The translations under genes were made by a program, and so were the position numbers. The notes under the pieces are model-generated. The model saw nothing but the letters and a program-made list of their open reading frames with translations. It made no database searches and had not been told where the DNA came from. A stretch of DNA of 64,000 bases from Pseudomonadota bacterium (GTDB lineage Bacteria > Pseudomonadota > Gammaproteobacteria > Burkholderiales > Burkholderiaceae_C), in contig JAJZUZ010000001.1 of the NCBI GenBank assembly GCA_021845965.1, positions 56,261 through 120,260 on the forward strand. The letters run 5' to 3'. Position 1 is the stretch's first letter. Each line of letters opens with the position of its first letter. Of the stretch, positions 62,127 through 64,000 are shown one piece after another.

Positions 62127-63370
62127 GCGGTGGCAGCGGGTTGTTCGCGCAGGGCCTGCAGGGCATCGGCCAGCACCGGGTCGGGGGCGATGCGCTTGAG
62201 GCACTGGTTGTCGCCGTCACAGAAGGTCAGGCGGTGGTTGTAGGCCGAGAGACAGGGCGAGCAGGCGATGCCCGACTCGTAGACGGTTGCTTTCGGCCCG
62301 AAGGGACCGGGCAGCGGGCCATAGAGCTTGCCGGTCTCGGGGCCGAAGAACATCAGCACGCGGATGGGCGTGAGGCTGGCGAAGTGACCCGGGCCGCCAT
62401 CGTTGGTGAGCAGCAGGTCGCTGGCATGGAACAGCATCAGCAGTTCGCGCAGGCTGCGCGTGTAGCCCGTGAGTGCGACACATTGCTCGCTGCCGACCTG
62501 GGTGCGGATCCCGTTGGCCAACGCGGTGTCGTCCTTGAGGCCGATGAAGGCCACGGCGTGGCCGGCATCGCACAGGCCCTTGGCCACGCGCGCGTAGTGC
62601 GCGGCGGGCCAGGCGCGTTCGGGCAGGATGCCGCCACCCGGGTACATGAGCACGATCTGGCGGCCGGCCAGCACCGGGTGGTCGGCCAGCACCCGGGCGC
62701 GGAAGGCGGCCAGTTCTTCAGCGGTGAACGGGACCGACAAGCCGGTTTCCGTGGGCAGCTCACGGATCGGCGCCGCCTTGTGGCGCGGCATGCTCTCGCC
62801 TTCCAGCGCATCGACCAGCGAGAGGAACTGCTTGCTGATGTGCTGGTAGGGGTTGTAGGGGATGGCGCAGTTGATGTAGCTGCCGCGGTACAGGCCTTCC
62901 TGCGTGTGCGGCGTGAAGCCGGCGCGGCGCGGCGCGCCCGTGAGATAGCACAGCAGGCTGCTGACGCGGGAGAACAGCTCGCAGTCAATCACCGCGTCCA
63001 GCGGCAGGCGGCGCATGGCCAGGCTGACACGCCAGATGTCGCGCGCCAGCTGCAAGGGCGAGCTGTCGTCCAGAGCGTGGAAGTTGGCGTCTTCCGTCAG
63101 GCGCAGCATGCGCGCCACTTCCTGGTTCTTCTTCAGCTGCAGCACGTGCAGCGTGGCGCCGGGATAGCGTTCACGCAGTGCCCTGAACATGGGACCGGCC
63201 AGCACGATGCTGCCCATCTCGGACAGCAGGATGACCAGGATGTGGCGTGGCGCCTGGCCCCGGTCGACCTTGGGTGCGCGCGTGCCCAGCACGCGCGCCC
63301 ACAACGAAACGACGGAACACAGCAGCTGGCCGACCCAGCGATCAATCCAGCGTTGCGTCTGCAGTTTCAT
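62123..63370 (-). CDS. GT9 (heptosyltransferase-like) glycosyltransferase
   Basis: LSEMGSIVL, RAWP, LTNDGGPGHFA, FFGPET, CSPC..C. Confidence 0.88.
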   Translation of the reverse strand: MKLQTQRWIDRWVGQLLCSVVSLWARVLGTRAPKVDRGQAPRHILVILLSEMGSIVLAGPMFRALRERYPGATLHVLQLKKNQEVARMLRLTEDANFHALDDSSPLQLARDIWRVSLAMRRLPLDAVIDCELFSRVSSLLCYLTGAPRRAGFTPHTQEGLYRGSYINCAIPYNPYQHISKQFLSLVDALEGESMPRHKAAPIRELPTETGLSVPFTAEELAAFRARVLADHPVLAGRQIVLMYPGGGILPERAWPAAHYARVAKGLCDAGHAVAFIGLKDDTALANGIRTQVGSEQCVALTGYTRSLRELLMLFHASDLLLTNDGGPGHFASLTPIRVLMFFGPETGKLYGPLPGPFGPKATVYESGIACSPCLSAYNHRLTFCDGDNQCLKRIAPDPVLADALQALREQPAATA

Positions 63371-63489
63371 TGTTGACTTCCTTGTTCTCGCTGCCTTGTG
63401 GCTATGCCCCGGCCTGGCGGGCCTTCACATCGCTGGCGCGACATGAGTCTACGCCGCAAGGCCTAGGACGCGCTCCGCGCCTGCCGCGC

Positions 63490-64000
63490 TTACAGCCCGG
63501 CCGCTGCGCGCAGCGCCTGGGCCTTGTCGGTGCGTTCCCACGAGAACTCGGGCTCCTCGCGGCCGAAGTGGCCGTAGGCGGCCGTCTTCTCGTAGATGGG
63601 GCGCAGCAGGTCCAGCATCTGGATGATGCCTTTCGGACGCAGGTCGAAGTGCTCGGCCACCAGCGCGGCGATCTTGTCGTCGGCGATGACGCCGGTGCCG
63701 TGCGTGTTGACCGTGATGTTCATGGGCTTGGCCACGCCGATGGCGTAGGCCACCTGGATCTGGCACTTCTTGGCCAGGCCGGCGGCCACCACGTTCTTGG
63801 CCACGTAGCGGGTGGCGTAGGCGGCCGAGCGGTCCACCTTGGACGGGTCCTTGCCCGAGAAGGCGCCACCACCGTGCGGGCAGGCGCCGCCGTAGGTGTC
63901 GACGATGATCTTGCGGCCGGTCAGGCCGCAGTCGCCCTGCGGGCCGCCGATGACGAAGCGGCCGGTCGGGTTGACCAGGTACTTGGTGTCCTTGAGCCAC
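63490..64000 (-). CDS. metK: S-adenosylmethionine synthetase, 3' part (truncated by window edge)
   Basis: [33 protein letters not shown]. Confidence 0.95.
   Translation of the reverse strand, partial: WLKDTKYLVNPTGRFVIGGPQGDCGLTGRKIIVDTYGGACPHGGGAFSGKDPSKVDRSAAYATRYVAKNVVAAGLAKKCQIQVAYAIGVAKPMNITVNTHGTGVIADDKIAALVAEHFDLRPKGIIQMLDLLRPIYEKTAAYGHFGREEPEFSWERTDKAQALRAAAGL

Overview
GC-rich betaproteobacterial chromosome segment; the gene content resembles Comamonadaceae (inference). Most of it is housekeeping: rodA, tldD, aroG, mpl, accBC-prmA, nrdAB, ampD-pilRS, ffh, miaB, a tRNA(CAT), ilvA, coq7, a porin, hexR-tal-pgi, groESL and the 3' end of metK. Five things stand out. (1) At 45.4-57.9 kb, a tightly coupled 8-gene operon interleaves a CHASE2 adenylate cyclase, a second CHASE2 protein with no recognisable catalytic motifs, an exported caspase-family/DUF4384-like protease, a DUF4384-like exported protein and a TPR lipoprotein with an MlaE/MlaD module whose MlaF-like ATPase has lost its catalytic motifs. 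A signal-peptide TPR-CHAT protease gene converges on it. This is a candidate envelope proteolytic signalling system. (2) An unannotated Tyr/Phe/Trp-rich leader peptide with terminator and antiterminator precedes aroG. (3) A small ORF copies the AccC N-terminus and overlaps the accC start. (4) A lower-GC TPR-glycosyltransferase/methyltransferase islet lies beside the tRNA. (5) There are ERIC-like and REP-like intergenic elements and a 506-bp duplication between tandem histidine kinases. No CRISPR array, integrase or transposase was seen. Domain calls come from motif recognition by eye, not database searches.
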